Part shown: positions 12,914-24,191 of the stretch, piece after piece | Numbering within the stretch: the stretch's first letter is position 1 | Layout: each line of letters starts with the position of its first letter | Assembly (NCBI GenBank): GCA_977017645.1 | Contig: OZ360222.1 | Location: 68,448,001 to 68,512,000, forward strand | Direction of reading: 5' to 3' | DNA from: Torpedo marmorata | Taxonomy: Eukaryota | DNA length: 64,000 nucleotides | Made by a program: the position numbers and the translations under genes | Notes under the pieces: generated by a model | The model's database searches: none | What the model saw: the letters and a program-made list of their open reading frames with translations, nothing else | What the model was told of the DNA's origin: nothing

Positions 12914-13128
12914 NNNNNNNNNNNNNNNNNNNNNNNNNNNNNNNNNNNNNNNNNNNNNNNNNNNNNNNNNNNNNNNNNNNNNNNNNNNNNNNNNNNNNNN
13001 NNNNNNNNNNNNNNNNNNNNNNNNNNNNNNNNNNNNNNNNNNNNNNNNNNNNNNNNNNNNNNNNNNNNNNNNNNNNNNNNNNNNNNNNNNNNNNNNNNNN
13101 NNNNNNNNNNNNNNNNNNNNNNNNNNNN
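12914..13128. other. Assembly gap (215 N)
   Basis: Run of N. Confidence 1.
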
Positions 13129-13929
13129 TTACCACATCTTTTTGAACCTTTGGTTGCAGGTAAAGATTTGATGACATATATAATTTCCCAATACAATTCA
13201 TTTTAACTAATGTTAATTAATTTCAAATCCACATTCGCTCAAGCCTGTTGTTTTCAACTATTGATCAGAATCATTGATTGCATTTCTGTCCCCATTGATA
13301 CTGGTTGATCTGCTCACCTCTTCCAATATCTTCCTTTTATTTGGATTTCCTGTCATTGCAGTTCTTTGCTTCATTGTATTCACAAGCTTAGGTTTTCCCA
13401 AAGCTCTCTCCAGAGAGGCAGGTGACTTTCAGCTGCTTGTTCTTACCTGTTCCCCTCTCTGTGTGAAGGACACGTTTACATTGACTCTTGGCTTCCTCAC
13501 CTCAGATTCTCTGCAAGTGGTTGCAACAGATCTCTGCCATGTTTCTTGTTGTTGTGTTAGATAGATCATCCCGGCCGGATCTGTATTCACGAGTTATGAA
13601 TTGATCGACATTGATTTTAACAAAGACTAGATGGTTTCTTGAACACTCGGGTGTGGCAATATTGCTGGCTCCGGGTGGGTGGAGACTATTATGGCCCATC
13701 AGATTTTCCCTTATTCACCTGGGCATTTTTCAAGAAGAGGAAGATTTCTACTCACTCAGGTGGCACAGACATTTGGGAATTGTGAGAAGAATTTCCTGAT
13801 GGTAGGTACCATGTTTCCAGGAAGTAAACAGGACTTGTTCATCCTTGGAGAGTTCAAACTGAAGGTGTTTTTATCAGGTGGGCAAGATTCTCTGCGCTGC
13901 TGGTTCCTCACACCTGTACAATTTCCAAC

Positions 13930-14522
13930 TACGTCATCTGACATTGAAAACCTTGGCAAACCTCTACATCATGGCCTGGTATGGGGGCACCAATATCTCT
14001 GAGCAGAATACCCTGCAAAAGGTAGTGGATACAGCCCAATGCATCGCAGGCAAAACCCTCCCAACCATCGAGAACATCTACATGGAACACTGCCATCGGA
14101 GAGCAGCAGCAATCATCAAAGACCCACACCACCCAGGAAATGCTCTGTTCCCGCTGCTGCCATCAGGAAAGAGGTATAGGTGCCACAAGACTCGTACCAC
14201 CAGGTTCAGGAACAGTTGCTATCCCTCCACCATCAGACTCCTAAACAACAAAGTCAATCAGAGACTCATTTAAGGATTCTTACTTTGCACATTATTTATT
14301 ATTGAATATTTATTTTCTGCATTGCACAGTTTGTTTGCACATCTTTCTTGTTTACATTTCTCTCTTTTATATATGTATCTTTTCTTGAGTACAGTTTTTT
14401 TGGCACTACCAATAAATAGAAATTCTGCCTGGCTTGCAGGAAAAAGAATCTCAAGGTTGTATGTGATGCCCTGTCTGTACTCTGACCATAAATCTGAACT
14501 TTGAACATTTTGAACATTGAAC
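13930..14522 (+). mobile_element. Rex/Babar LINE 3' end
   Basis: IMAWYG...IIKDPHHPGNALFPLLPSGKRYR...FRNSCYPSTIRLLN; (TTGAAC)-type tail. Confidence 0.85.
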
Positions 14523-14947
14523 AATGAGAACCACACACATTTCTGAATAGCTGTTGAATACATCATTGAGCTTCCAAAGTTTCTTTTCTGTGCAGTACAT
14601 ACCAACCAGGTGTGGAGACTGTGTCATTGTGTGCAGCACATGCTGTACAACTTAACAATAAGAAGAGAGTAGCTGTCGCTGGTGGAGGAACACCATATGG
14701 ATCAGAGCCAGAGGTGCAAGAGGATCAGGAAGCTGAAGAAAGCCAGAAGAAAACACCAGCATCATCTCCTGACAGAAAGGGCAGGGAGCATTGATTGCAT
14801 AGGATATTTGCGATCCCACACAGAGATGTTCTTTTTTCATAAGAAGGTTGCCAAATCGTTTTACTAAATGTAAACAAAGTCACCTCGACAGTACCATATT
14901 CATGCTGACAATGTTCAGCAATGACCAGCTGAGTGACCACAAAAAAC

Positions 14948-15824
14948 TCAAGATAATTTCAAGATCAAGATTTTCAAGATTCAATTTATTGTCATAGTAA
15001 TAAAACAGTGTCAAATTACATGAAATTTCTTTTTGCCTGCTGCAAGGCAGACAGATTCGCCACCGGCAGAAATTGCCTAAACGCCTCTAACATTCCTTAC
15101 AGTCAGAGAAAGAGAAGCAAAAGAGAGTCCCCTCAGAGTCACCGAGTGTCCGTAGATTCGCTTCCAGCGCTTCCGCAACCTCCGCAGCCACACAGAGTCC
15201 AGTCCAATACATTGGCAACCCGTGCTCCAGATCCGAACCTCCGACACGGTCAGGAACCCTTCGGCGCCCTCGGCACCCCCTCACATCCCGGTTCCGATAC
15301 CTGGTACTCCTCCAGCCAGTTCGAGCCAGCCTCCAGCAGTCCGCAGCCCGGCGCGCGGCACCCGACAGCAGTCTCCAGCAGGCCACAGCCTCCGCAGGTT
15401 CCTCGCCTCGAGTCACCAGCAGCCGCCGCATGCACTGGTTCTTCAGCCTCAGAGCCCCTCACTGGTCCGACGCCATGGTCACCGTCCCATGGGTCGTCTC
15501 CTCTGCTTCTCCTTCTCAGAAGGTGGGATGATCTTTCCATCCTCTGGTGCCCTGCTCCAGTCCTCTGCTTCCCCAGAGTCTGCAGCCCCTCGTGGCTGCT
15601 GCCGATTAATAGGCGCTGCCATCTTGGGCGCAGACCCCGCGGTCGCAGGATCTCAAATAAAACCACCGTTGGCTCCCTCAAAGCCCGTGCGGAGCCGATG
15701 GCAATCGACTGGGCGGCTGGACCTCGCGAGAGCACTGCATCTCCGCTCCCTCGCTCCCCGCGGGTCTGCACCAGTGGCAGCGGCAGCTCTGCCACTACCA
15801 GTGGCTCCGGCAGCGCCGCCATCT
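14948..15824 (-). mobile_element. GC-rich non-autonomous retroposon, copy 3
   Basis: Reverse complement of copies 1/2; starts AGATGGCGGCGCTGCCGG; TTGAATC-type tail. Confidence 0.85.
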
Positions 15825-15954
15825 CTCATAAGTCCTCATATGTTCCTTTGCAGTATCAACTGCATTGATGATAACATTTCAATGAGTGAATCCTGAATTA
15901 TTTACTAAAATTGCTCACTTCAATTCTCACAGCAGTGAACATTTGACCCTGATA

Positions 15955-16657
15955 TTTCATGTGTGGACTTCAGGAGGAAATCAAGAGAACACAAACCAGT
16001 CCTCATCGAGGGGTCAACAGTGGAGAGGGTCAAAAACTTCAAATTCCTGAGTGTCAACATCTCTGAGGATCTGTCCTGGAGCCTCCATGCCGATGCAATC
16101 ACGAAGAAAGCTCGCCAGTGGCTATACTTTGTGAGGAGCTTGAAGAGATTCAGTATGTCACCAAAGACTCTCGGAAACTTGTAAAGGTGTACCGTGGAGA
16201 GAATTCTGGCTGGTTGCATCACTGTTTGATATGGAGGTGACAGCGCTTAGGGCAAGAAAAATCTCCAGAGGGTTGTTAACACGGCCTGCGACATCACGGG
16301 CACCAGTCTGCACTCCATCGGGGACATTTACAAGAGGCGGTGACTTAAGAAAGCAACCTCTATCCTCAAGGACCCTCACCATCCAGGCCATGCCCTCTAC
16401 CATTGGGAAAAAGATATTGGAGTCCGAAGACGAGCACTCAGCGGCACAAAGACAGCTTCTTCCCCTCGGCCATCAGATTTCTGAATGAATAATGAACCAT
16501 AGACACTACCTTACTTTGTCTTTTACTTTTTCTTGCACTTTTTAATTTATTTTGTAATGTGGTTATATAAATGTTTGCACGGTGATTGCTGTCACAAAGC
16601 AATGAATTTTGTGACATGTTCATGACAATAAATTCTGATTCTGATTCTGATTCTGAT
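15955..16657 (+). mobile_element. Rex/Babar LINE 3' fragment
   Basis: VERVKNFKFL, KKARQWLYF, KDPHHPGH; (TTCTGA)n tail like that of 1-474. Confidence 0.85.
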
Positions 16658-18329
16658 TAGATTTATTTCTGCTTGCTTGAATGTGTGGGGATTCTCACAG
16701 CTGGGGGAGCCAGCTGGGATCACTGCATCCCAGGCTCTGCAGTGGCCTGGTTGTTTCCCTGAACCCCTTGACATGTGTATTCTTTATGAGGATTTCAATG
16801 ACCCTTTCATTAAATCCAGGGTTTCTCTCTCTCTTTCTTGCAGCCTCTCCTTCCTGTGTATCATTTATATCCCATGTGATTCATGTTTGACTCCCATGTA
16901 GAATGTGTCATTAAGGTTAATGCCCTTTGCCAGATTACTGCATGGTAAAGAATCAGAAGCAATTTTCAGATGACCCTGATCCAGTCAGGAATAATGCAAG
17001 TCCTGTTTAGCTAATGTATCTGGGGAAATGCTGTTTCAAATATCTTTGTTAAACTTCACGATTTTTGTGGGGAAGATCAGATTTGGTGTTAGTGTTGCAT
17101 ATAGTACACATTTAAGCAGCAAAATTAATGCAAAGTACAACATCTAAGCAATGCTATAATAATCTTAAACATGGGCTGAAGGGCCTGTACTGTGCTGTGA
17201 TGTTCTATGTTACCGATTAAAAACAAAACATTTATCTGCATGTTTCTTTCAAGATTTTAATGGATATCAATTCTTTACTCTATCTAAAAGTAGTGGTAAT
17301 ACAAGTATTCATGGCTAATTGTGTAAACTATGTTAAAATTGAATGGGTTAGCTCATTCTTCATTTGTCTAATTCAGGTTATCCCTCTTCCCACTGAATCT
17401 ATAGAAGTAACCATCAAAAAGCTCTGAAGTCATCAGAGGTTAACAGACAAAATTCCTTTTCAGATTACTCAAGATGTATTTCCAAAACTGCATTTTGTAA
17501 TTCTATGTAAAGATAAAGACTTACAGCTGAAAGACAAAATTGTTCTAATCCTTCAAAGCACTGGAACACAATAACAATCTTAGCAAGTTCCTATTTTCCA
17601 TTATATTTAGATTAAAAATTACTTTTATTCCAGATAAATTTTCTCTTTTAACAACACTGAAATTTATGTACATACTTCCAATAAACATGGACACCATTGA
17701 TCAATACGTGCTTGTTTATCTCAAAGTGGCTTCTGCTAGTACGCTTACGTAAATGTAAAGACACAGCTTCCATCCACTTCAACATGTGAGCTTTATTTAT
17801 GTGATGAAAATAAATGATTCAGAGCACAGCAACTACCAACTAACAAAGGACAACATCTCCCTTTATGTTGATCAGGATATTCAGTCCTGGTAAAGACTGC
17901 TCATTTACAGAAATTAAAATGGACAGACGAGGTACCAGCTAAACAAAACTCGTTGAATAAAACCCTCAGATTCCCACATACTGTACAATTCCACAACCTG
18001 AGATGGATATGCTAAGTATGTTCAGCAAGAAAACATCCATCCCGCCAGCTCTGGCTCTGGCTTCACTGGTATGTGAAATGTGGCAGTGTTGGGAACTAAG
18101 CTGACTTGGCAGCCTTTCCCCCCCCCCATGTGTTTGCTTAGCCTGGTGTCAGGTCTCGGTGCATGACAGTGGCTCTCTTTCTCCCACACTGCTCCTGTGT
18201 TCCTGTGAGAAGTTGATGCAGGTTTGCTAAAGTGGGGAGGAACTTGCAAGAATCTGTGCAGAATGAAAGGATACTGCAAAGTGCAACCCTTGTCTAAACT
18301 CACAGAGACAGCCAGGTTTTCAGACTAAA

Positions 18330-18575
18330 TTTTAAATTAAATTTAGACATACAACACAGTAACAGGCCCTTCCGGCCTATGAGCCCGTGCCACCCAATTA
18401 CACCCTATTAACTTACAACCCCCGTACGTTTTGAAGGGTGGGAGGAAACCAGAGCACCTGGAGGAAACCCATGCAGACACAGGTAGAACTTACAAACTCT
18501 TTACAGACAGCGCTGGATTCAAACCTCTGTTGCTGGTGCTGTAACGGTGTTGCGCTAACAGCTACGCTAACCGTG
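18330..18575 (-). mobile_element. tRNA-derived SINE (V-SINE/HE1-like)
   Basis: Minus strand has B-box-like GGTTTGAATCC, central TCCGGTTTCCTCCCAC-like core, CR1-like 3' end GGGCC...GGCCTGTT..GTGTTGTATGTCTAAA. Confidence 0.75.
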
Positions 18576-18697
18576 AGATTTGGGAATAAAGTTAGAAATG
18601 AAATATTTGAAGAAGAAAATCTGTGTCAAGTTTTTATTTTTTATTAAGTTGCTGTTGAAAATTGAGACATTTTGCAAGCACTGAAACCAGGGTTGAA

Positions 18698-19050
18698 ACA
18701 CAAAAGTCTGCAGATGCTGTGATTGTAGTAAACACACAAAAATGCTGGAGGAATTCAGCAGGTCTCACAGCGTCATAGGAGGAAAAGATACAGTATACAT
18801 TTCAGGCACGAGGCCTTCTTAAAGATATGAGCAAAAAGCAGGCAGGTGCCTGAATAAAAAGGCTAGGGGAGAAGGGAAGAAAGGGCAGGGGAGGAGCACA
18901 GGCCAACAGAGAAAAGGTGATAATTGGACGTATAGGAGGACAGGAAAGGTGAGAATTGATCAGAGAGAGAGAGAGCTAGAGGAAAGGAGAAATAGGGATG
19001 GGGAAGGGGAGAGACAAGGGGGGGGAATTATTTGAGAACAGGTTTGGTCA
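18698..19050 (-). mobile_element. Penelope-derived 3'/pseudo-LTR fragment, degenerate
   Basis: Similar to 61950-62230 (CTCAGCAGGTC...TTTC.GG...GAG.CC.TTC, purine-rich tract). Confidence 0.55.
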
Positions 19051-19107
19051 TTTATAAGATGTTACTCCATCTGGTGGTATTTCAAATCCTAAGTAACAGC
19101 ACATTTC

Positions 19108-19625
19108 GTTCAAGTTTATTCTCATTCGATTGTATAAGTACAACTGGACGAAACATCGTTCTTCGGTCCTCAATGCAAAAACATGCAAACACATATACAG
19201 ACATAGCACACGTATTTACAAATGATTCATATGCAGTACATATACTGTTCACATATATATATAAATAAATAATTATTGTTTAATAAATAATGGAGTCTCA
19301 GAGTGTTTGTATGAGCAGTTCATCAGTCATTCAACATTCTCACTGCCCATGGGAAGAAACTGTTTCTCAGCCTGGTGGTTCTGGCTCTGCTACTTCCGTT
19401 ATCTCTTTCCCGATGGGAGTAGCTGGAAGATGCTGTCTGCAGGGTGGTAGGGGTCCTTAACGATTTTGCGAGCCCTCTTCAGACAATATCTTCAGATGGT
19501 AAATCACATCGATGTGGGGGAAAGAGACCCCAGTGATCCTCTTACCACTCTTATGGTCCTGTGGATTGACGTCCGATCCAATGCTCTACAGTCTACAGCA
19601 ATCATACCACACTGTGATGCAGCCG
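19108..19625 (-). mobile_element. Rex/Babar-like LINE 3' fragment
   Basis: Minus strand: KDPYHP...FQLLPSGK.., TTRLRNSFFP; AATAAA tail. Confidence 0.65.
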
Positions 19626-20255
19626 GGTAGTCAAGGGTAATTGATAAATGACCTTGTTTCAGCACTATGTTAAACAGTCTAGATATTTATTGCATCATTA
19701 CTTCTATATGTGTTACACTTGTCACAGTGCCTGGCCAAATACAATAAATAGTTCACCACTTGAAAAAAACAGCCTCTGAAAAACTGGCACTGTGAGTTTC
19801 TGTGAAAGTGTGTCTCATCACTAACTGATATATCTGGCAATGTCACCAGTGACTGAGATATTTGAAAATGAAAAACAATACTGGGCAATAAGGTGTTAAC
19901 AAAATAAAACAAAATCCATGCCTTGTAATTGCACAAGACCCCAGCTTCCATTTCAGTTTCAAGTTAACATCTCAAGTAGCTTGATTGGAAAAGATAAGAG
20001 TGGGCTTTGAAATTGGGGAAAATTAGACAGCATTCTTATTTGTTATCTAGCAACTCTATTTAGAAATTCACTGGAGTTTGAGGAGATTTGGTATGTCCGC
20101 AAAGACTCGCAAATTTCTACAGGGGTACCGTGGAGAGCATTCTGACCGGTTGCATCACTGTCTGGTATGGAGGGGCCAATGCATAGGAGAGGAAAAGACT
20201 ACAGAAGGTTGCAAATTCAGCCAGCACCATCATGGTCATTAGTCTTCTCTCCATT

Positions 20256-23200
20256 TATTTTTTATTTTTTTATTTTTATTTTATTTAAACTTTTAAATCA
20301 CAAAATACATAGAGTAAAATATAAAATTATCAAAATACATGTGATATATTTTCGCCCCCCCCCTCCCTTCCTTAACACCCCCATCCCCACTAATCTAATA
20401 ATAAAGTAACAATAAAAAATAAAAATAGTAAAAAAGAAAAAATAGAATGAGGGGAATATCATCTATAAACTAAATCTATTACGGAGGTCAAATTTGCCAG
20501 CAGATCCGATATCTAGAGATCTTCAAATCCTTAAGCTCACAGCTCTCATATATGGGCTCCAAATTTTCAAAAAGAAATTATATTTATTACATAAATTATA
20601 AGTAATTTTTTCCAGTGGTATACACGAACGGAGTTCTGCATGCCATCTTTCTAATCCTAAATCTAAATCAGATTTCCAAGTAATAGCAATGCATTTTTTT
20701 GAAACTGCTAAAGCAATTCGTAAAAATTCTACTTGAAACATATTTAATTTCTTTTTAATACTAAATTTTCTAATATCTCCAAATAAGAATAACATAGGAT
20801 CCATTGGGAATGTAATATTAAATACTTTATCTAAAAAAGTTTTAACTTTCAACCAAAAATCTTGAATCTTTGGACAAAACCATGTAGAATGTACAAAAGA
20901 ACCTTCCTCATTATTACATCTAAAACATAAACCTGATAGTGTCGGATTAAATTTCTTTAATTTTTTAGGTGTTAAATATAATTGATGAAAAAAATTGTAT
21001 TGTACTAATCTATATCTAACATTAATAATCTTCGTCATACTTAATTTACATAATTCTTTCCAATGATTCTCATCTATTCGTATATTCAAATCTAATTCCC
21101 ACTTTAATCTTGATTTATGAATTCCTGCTTTAGGCATTTTCCTTTGAAACAATTTATACATTTGAGAAATAAACTTATTAACTTCTCCATTAGTAACTAA
21201 TAGTTCTAATTCATTTTGTCTTGGTAAAATCAAAGCATGACCTAATTTCTCAATTAAAAAAGTTTTAACTTGATAATAAGCTAAAAATGTATTATCTAAT
21301 ATATTAAATTTATCTTTCATTCTTTGAAACGTAATAAATCTTCCAGCTTCAAAACAATCATTAATCTTCTTAATACCTTTTTGAAACCAAATTCTAAATA
21401 ACTGATTGTTAATAGTAAATGGAATAAGTCCATTTTGATATAAAGGCATATTTGAAGAAATTAATCCTCTTCCACCTATCTCTTTATCCAACTTACCCCA
21501 TATTTCTAACAAATGTTTGATAATCGGTGAATTTTTCTTTTTTACTGATATTAATTTAGAATCCCATTTATAGATAATCTCTTCTTTATAACTCTCTCCT
21601 ATATTATTTAATTCTATTTTAATCCAAGCTGACGTTTTATTTGAATCAAAAAATTCATTAACAAATTTTAATTGAGCTGCTTTATAATAATTTTGAAAAT
21701 TAGGAAGTTGCAATCCTCCTAACTCATAGTTCCAAGTTAATTTTTCCATACTTACTCTTGCTAACTTTCCTTTCCACAAAAATTTCCTAACAATAAAGTT
21801 TAAATCTTTAAAAAATTTTTGAGGAATTCCAAAAGGAATTGATTGAAAAAGATATTGAACTCTTGGAAAAATATTCATTTTAATACAATTTACCCTTCCC
21901 ATTAAAGTTATAGGTAAATCTTTCCAATTCTCTAAATCTTTCTTTATTTTCACAAATAATGGTAGATAATTTAGTTTATATAAATTTTCCAATTTTGTAT
22001 CAACCTTAACCCCTAAATATTTAATTCCCTCTTTAGCCCATTTAAATTGCGTTACTTCTTTACATCTAGTATAATCACCTTGAGATAAAGCCATTATTTC
22101 ACTCTTATCTGAATTAATTTTATATCCAGATACTTCACCATATTCTCTTAGTATAATAGATAATTGTTGAAGTGACATAATAGATTTTGTCATATATATC
22201 AATACATCATCTGCAAACAAACTAATCTTATGTTCTTCCATACCAACTTTAATACCTACTATTTTAGGATCTTTTCTAACTAATTCGGCTAAAGGTTCTA
22301 TTGCCAAAACAAATAATGCTGGTGATAGGGGGCATCCCTGTCTCGTAGATCGTGTTAAAGAGAATTTTGACAATGTTTGTCCATTTGTAACCACTTTATC
22401 TGATGGTTCTTTATATATAGTTTTAATCCAATTTATAAATATATTAACAAAACCAAATTTTTCTAATACCTTAAATAAAAAATTCCATTCTAATCTATCA
22501 AAAGCCTTTTCAGCATCTAATGTTACAACTAATGGTAAATCCTCCTTCTTTTTGTTCAAACCAATTAAACTAATTAATCTAGCTATATTATCCTTTGAAT
22601 ATCTATTTTTAATAAAACCAGCTTGATCTAAATGTATCAAATCTGGTAGATATTTAGCCATTCTATTTGCTAAAATTTTTGCCATTATTTTATAGTCTAC
22701 ATTCAACAATGAAATAGGTCTATATGATTCAGTTTTTAATACATCTCTATCTTTCTTTGGTATAACTGTAATTATAGCATTTAAAAATGTTTTCGGTAAT
22801 AAATGAGTTTCTGTAATTTGATCTAATACTTCCATATACGGAGGTATTAATAAATCTTTAAATTCTTTATAAAATTCTGATGAAAACCCATCATCACCAT
22901 TCTTCAACGATGAAAAAACTTCAGTAACTTCCCTCATTGTAAAAGGTAAGTCTAAAGAATCTCTACTCCGATCATTCAATTTAGGTAATATAATTTTAGA
23001 TAAAAATCTATTAATTTTAGAATCATCTTGATCAATCTGTGATCTATATAAATTCTGATAATAATCTTTAAAAGATTCATTTATTTCTTGAGGTTTATAA
23101 GTTATTTCTCCAGTATTCTTCTTCCTTATAGCATTTATAGTTTTAGAAACTTGTTCTTTTTTCAATTGCCATGCCAAAACTTTATGTGCTCTTTCTCCTA

Positions 23201-24175
23201 ATTCGTAATACCTTTGTTTAGTTTTCTCAATTAATTTTTCCATTTTATATGTTTGCAATAAATTATAATGTAATTTCTTCCTTGTTAAACAGTTTCTTTT
23301 TTGAATTGATCTATTTCTCTGTAAGTCTTTTTCCATAAGTTCAATCTCCTTCTCTAATTTTTCTGATTCTCTAAGATAATCTTTCTTAATTTTAACTGAA
23401 TAACTTATTATTAAACCTCTTAAATAAGCTTTTAAAGCTTCCCATACTATAAATTTATCATTAATAGAGTTAGTATTTATTCGTAAAAATTCTTGAATTT
23501 CTTTTCTTATATATTCACAAAAATCTTTCCTTTTTAATAACGATGAGTCAAATCTCCAATTATATATAGTTTTTTCTCTTTCCGGAATTATACAAGACAA
23601 TAACAAAGGCGAATGATCAGAAATTACCCTCGCTTTATAAGATACTTGCGATATTCTATCTTGAACTTGTGATGATAATAGAAATAAATCTATTCTAGAA
23701 TATGAATCATGTCTAAATGAATAAAATGAATAATCCTTTTCCCTTGGATTCAATCTCCTCCAAATATCTATTAAATTTAAATCTTTCATCAAACTAAGAT
23801 TTTTTTTCACAATTTTAGGTCTGACAGATGATCTTGAAGTTCTATCCATTATTGAATCTAGACAACAATTGAAATCTCCCCCAATTAAAATATTCTCATT
23901 AGCATCTGATAAATGTAAAAAGGCGTCCTGAATAAACTGCTCATCATCTGGATTTGACACATATAAATTCATAAGCGTCCAAAATTCTGAATAAATTTGA
24001 CAATGTATCAAAACATATCTTCCTGCTACATCTGTAATTACTGATTGTATCTTAAAAGGTAATTTTTTATTAACTAATATAGCTACACCTCTTGCTTTAG
24101 AATTAAATGAAGAAGACACCACATGACCAACCCACTCTCTTTTTAATTTTTGATGTTCCAAATCTATCAAATGAG
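20256..24175 (-). mobile_element. AT-rich L1-clade LINE, 5'-truncated, young
   Basis: A-rich tail; 17-bp TSD TTAGTCTTCTCTCCATT at 20239-20255 and 24176-24192; TT/AA-type site. Confidence 0.95.
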
Positions 24176-24191
24176 TTAGTCTTCTCTCCAT
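20523..24191 (-). CDS. L1 ORF2 (partial APE endonuclease + RT + C-terminal Cys/His motif), open throughout
   Basis: GGDFN, SRID, SDHSP, YRPISLLNVDYK, LDAEKAFD, RQGCPLSP, LFADD, YLG, CFRC..H..WFCP; no stops; expression not shown. Confidence 0.8.
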   Translation of the reverse strand: MERRLTHLIDLEHQKLKREWVGHVVSSSFNSKARGVAILVNKKLPFKIQSVITDVAGRYVLIHCQIYSEFWTLMNLYVSNPDDEQFIQDAFLHLSDANENILIGGDFNCCLDSIMDRTSRSSVRPKIVKKNLSLMKDLNLIDIWRRLNPREKDYSFYSFRHDSYSRIDLFLLSSQVQDRISQVSYKARVISDHSPLLLSCIIPEREKTIYNWRFDSSLLKRKDFCEYIRKEIQEFLRINTNSINDKFIVWEALKAYLRGLIISYSVKIKKDYLRESEKLEKEIELMEKDLQRNRSIQKRNCLTRKKLHYNLLQTYKMEKLIEKTKQRYYELGERAHKVLAWQLKKEQVSKTINAIRKKNTGEITYKPQEINESFKDYYQNLYRSQIDQDDSKINRFLSKIILPKLNDRSRDSLDLPFTMREVTEVFSSLKNGDDGFSSEFYKEFKDLLIPPYMEVLDQITETHLLPKTFLNAIITVIPKKDRDVLKTESYRPISLLNVDYKIMAKILANRMAKYLPDLIHLDQAGFIKNRYSKDNIARLISLIGLNKKKEDLPLVVTLDAEKAFDRLEWNFLFKVLEKFGFVNIFINWIKTIYKEPSDKVVTNGQTLSKFSLTRSTRQGCPLSPALFVLAIEPLAELVRKDPKIVGIKVGMEEHKISLFADDVLIYMTKSIMSLQQLSIILREYGEVSGYKINSDKSEIMALSQGDYTRCKEVTQFKWAKEGIKYLGVKVDTKLENLYKLNYLPLFVKIKKDLENWKDLPITLMGRVNCIKMNIFPRVQYLFQSIPFGIPQKFFKDLNFIVRKFLWKGKLARVSMEKLTWNYELGGLQLPNFQNYYKAAQLKFVNEFFDSNKTSAWIKIELNNIGESYKEEIIYKWDSKLISVKKKNSPIIKHLLEIWGKLDKEIGGRGLISSNMPLYQNGLIPFTINNQLFRIWFQKGIKKINDCFEAGRFITFQRMKDKFNILDNTFLAYYQVKTFLIEKLGHALILPRQNELELLVTNGEVNKFISQMYKLFQRKMPKAGIHKSRLKWELDLNIRIDENHWKELCKLSMTKIINVRYRLVQYNFFHQLYLTPKKLKKFNPTLSGLCFRCNNEEGSFVHSTWFCPKIQDFWLKVKTFLDKVFNITFPMDPMLFLFGDIRKFSIKKKLNMFQVEFLRIALAVSKKCIAITWKSDLDLGLERWHAELRSCIPLEKITYNLCNKYNFFLKIWSPYMRAVSLRI

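Noticed and set aside
12797-13201. ORFs spanning the N run
   Set aside because: Artefacts of the assembly gap.
13270-13925. Host exon or ORFs in 13274-14002
   Set aside because: No coherent protein or splice pattern; at most a faint LTR-retrotransposon relic that I cannot support.
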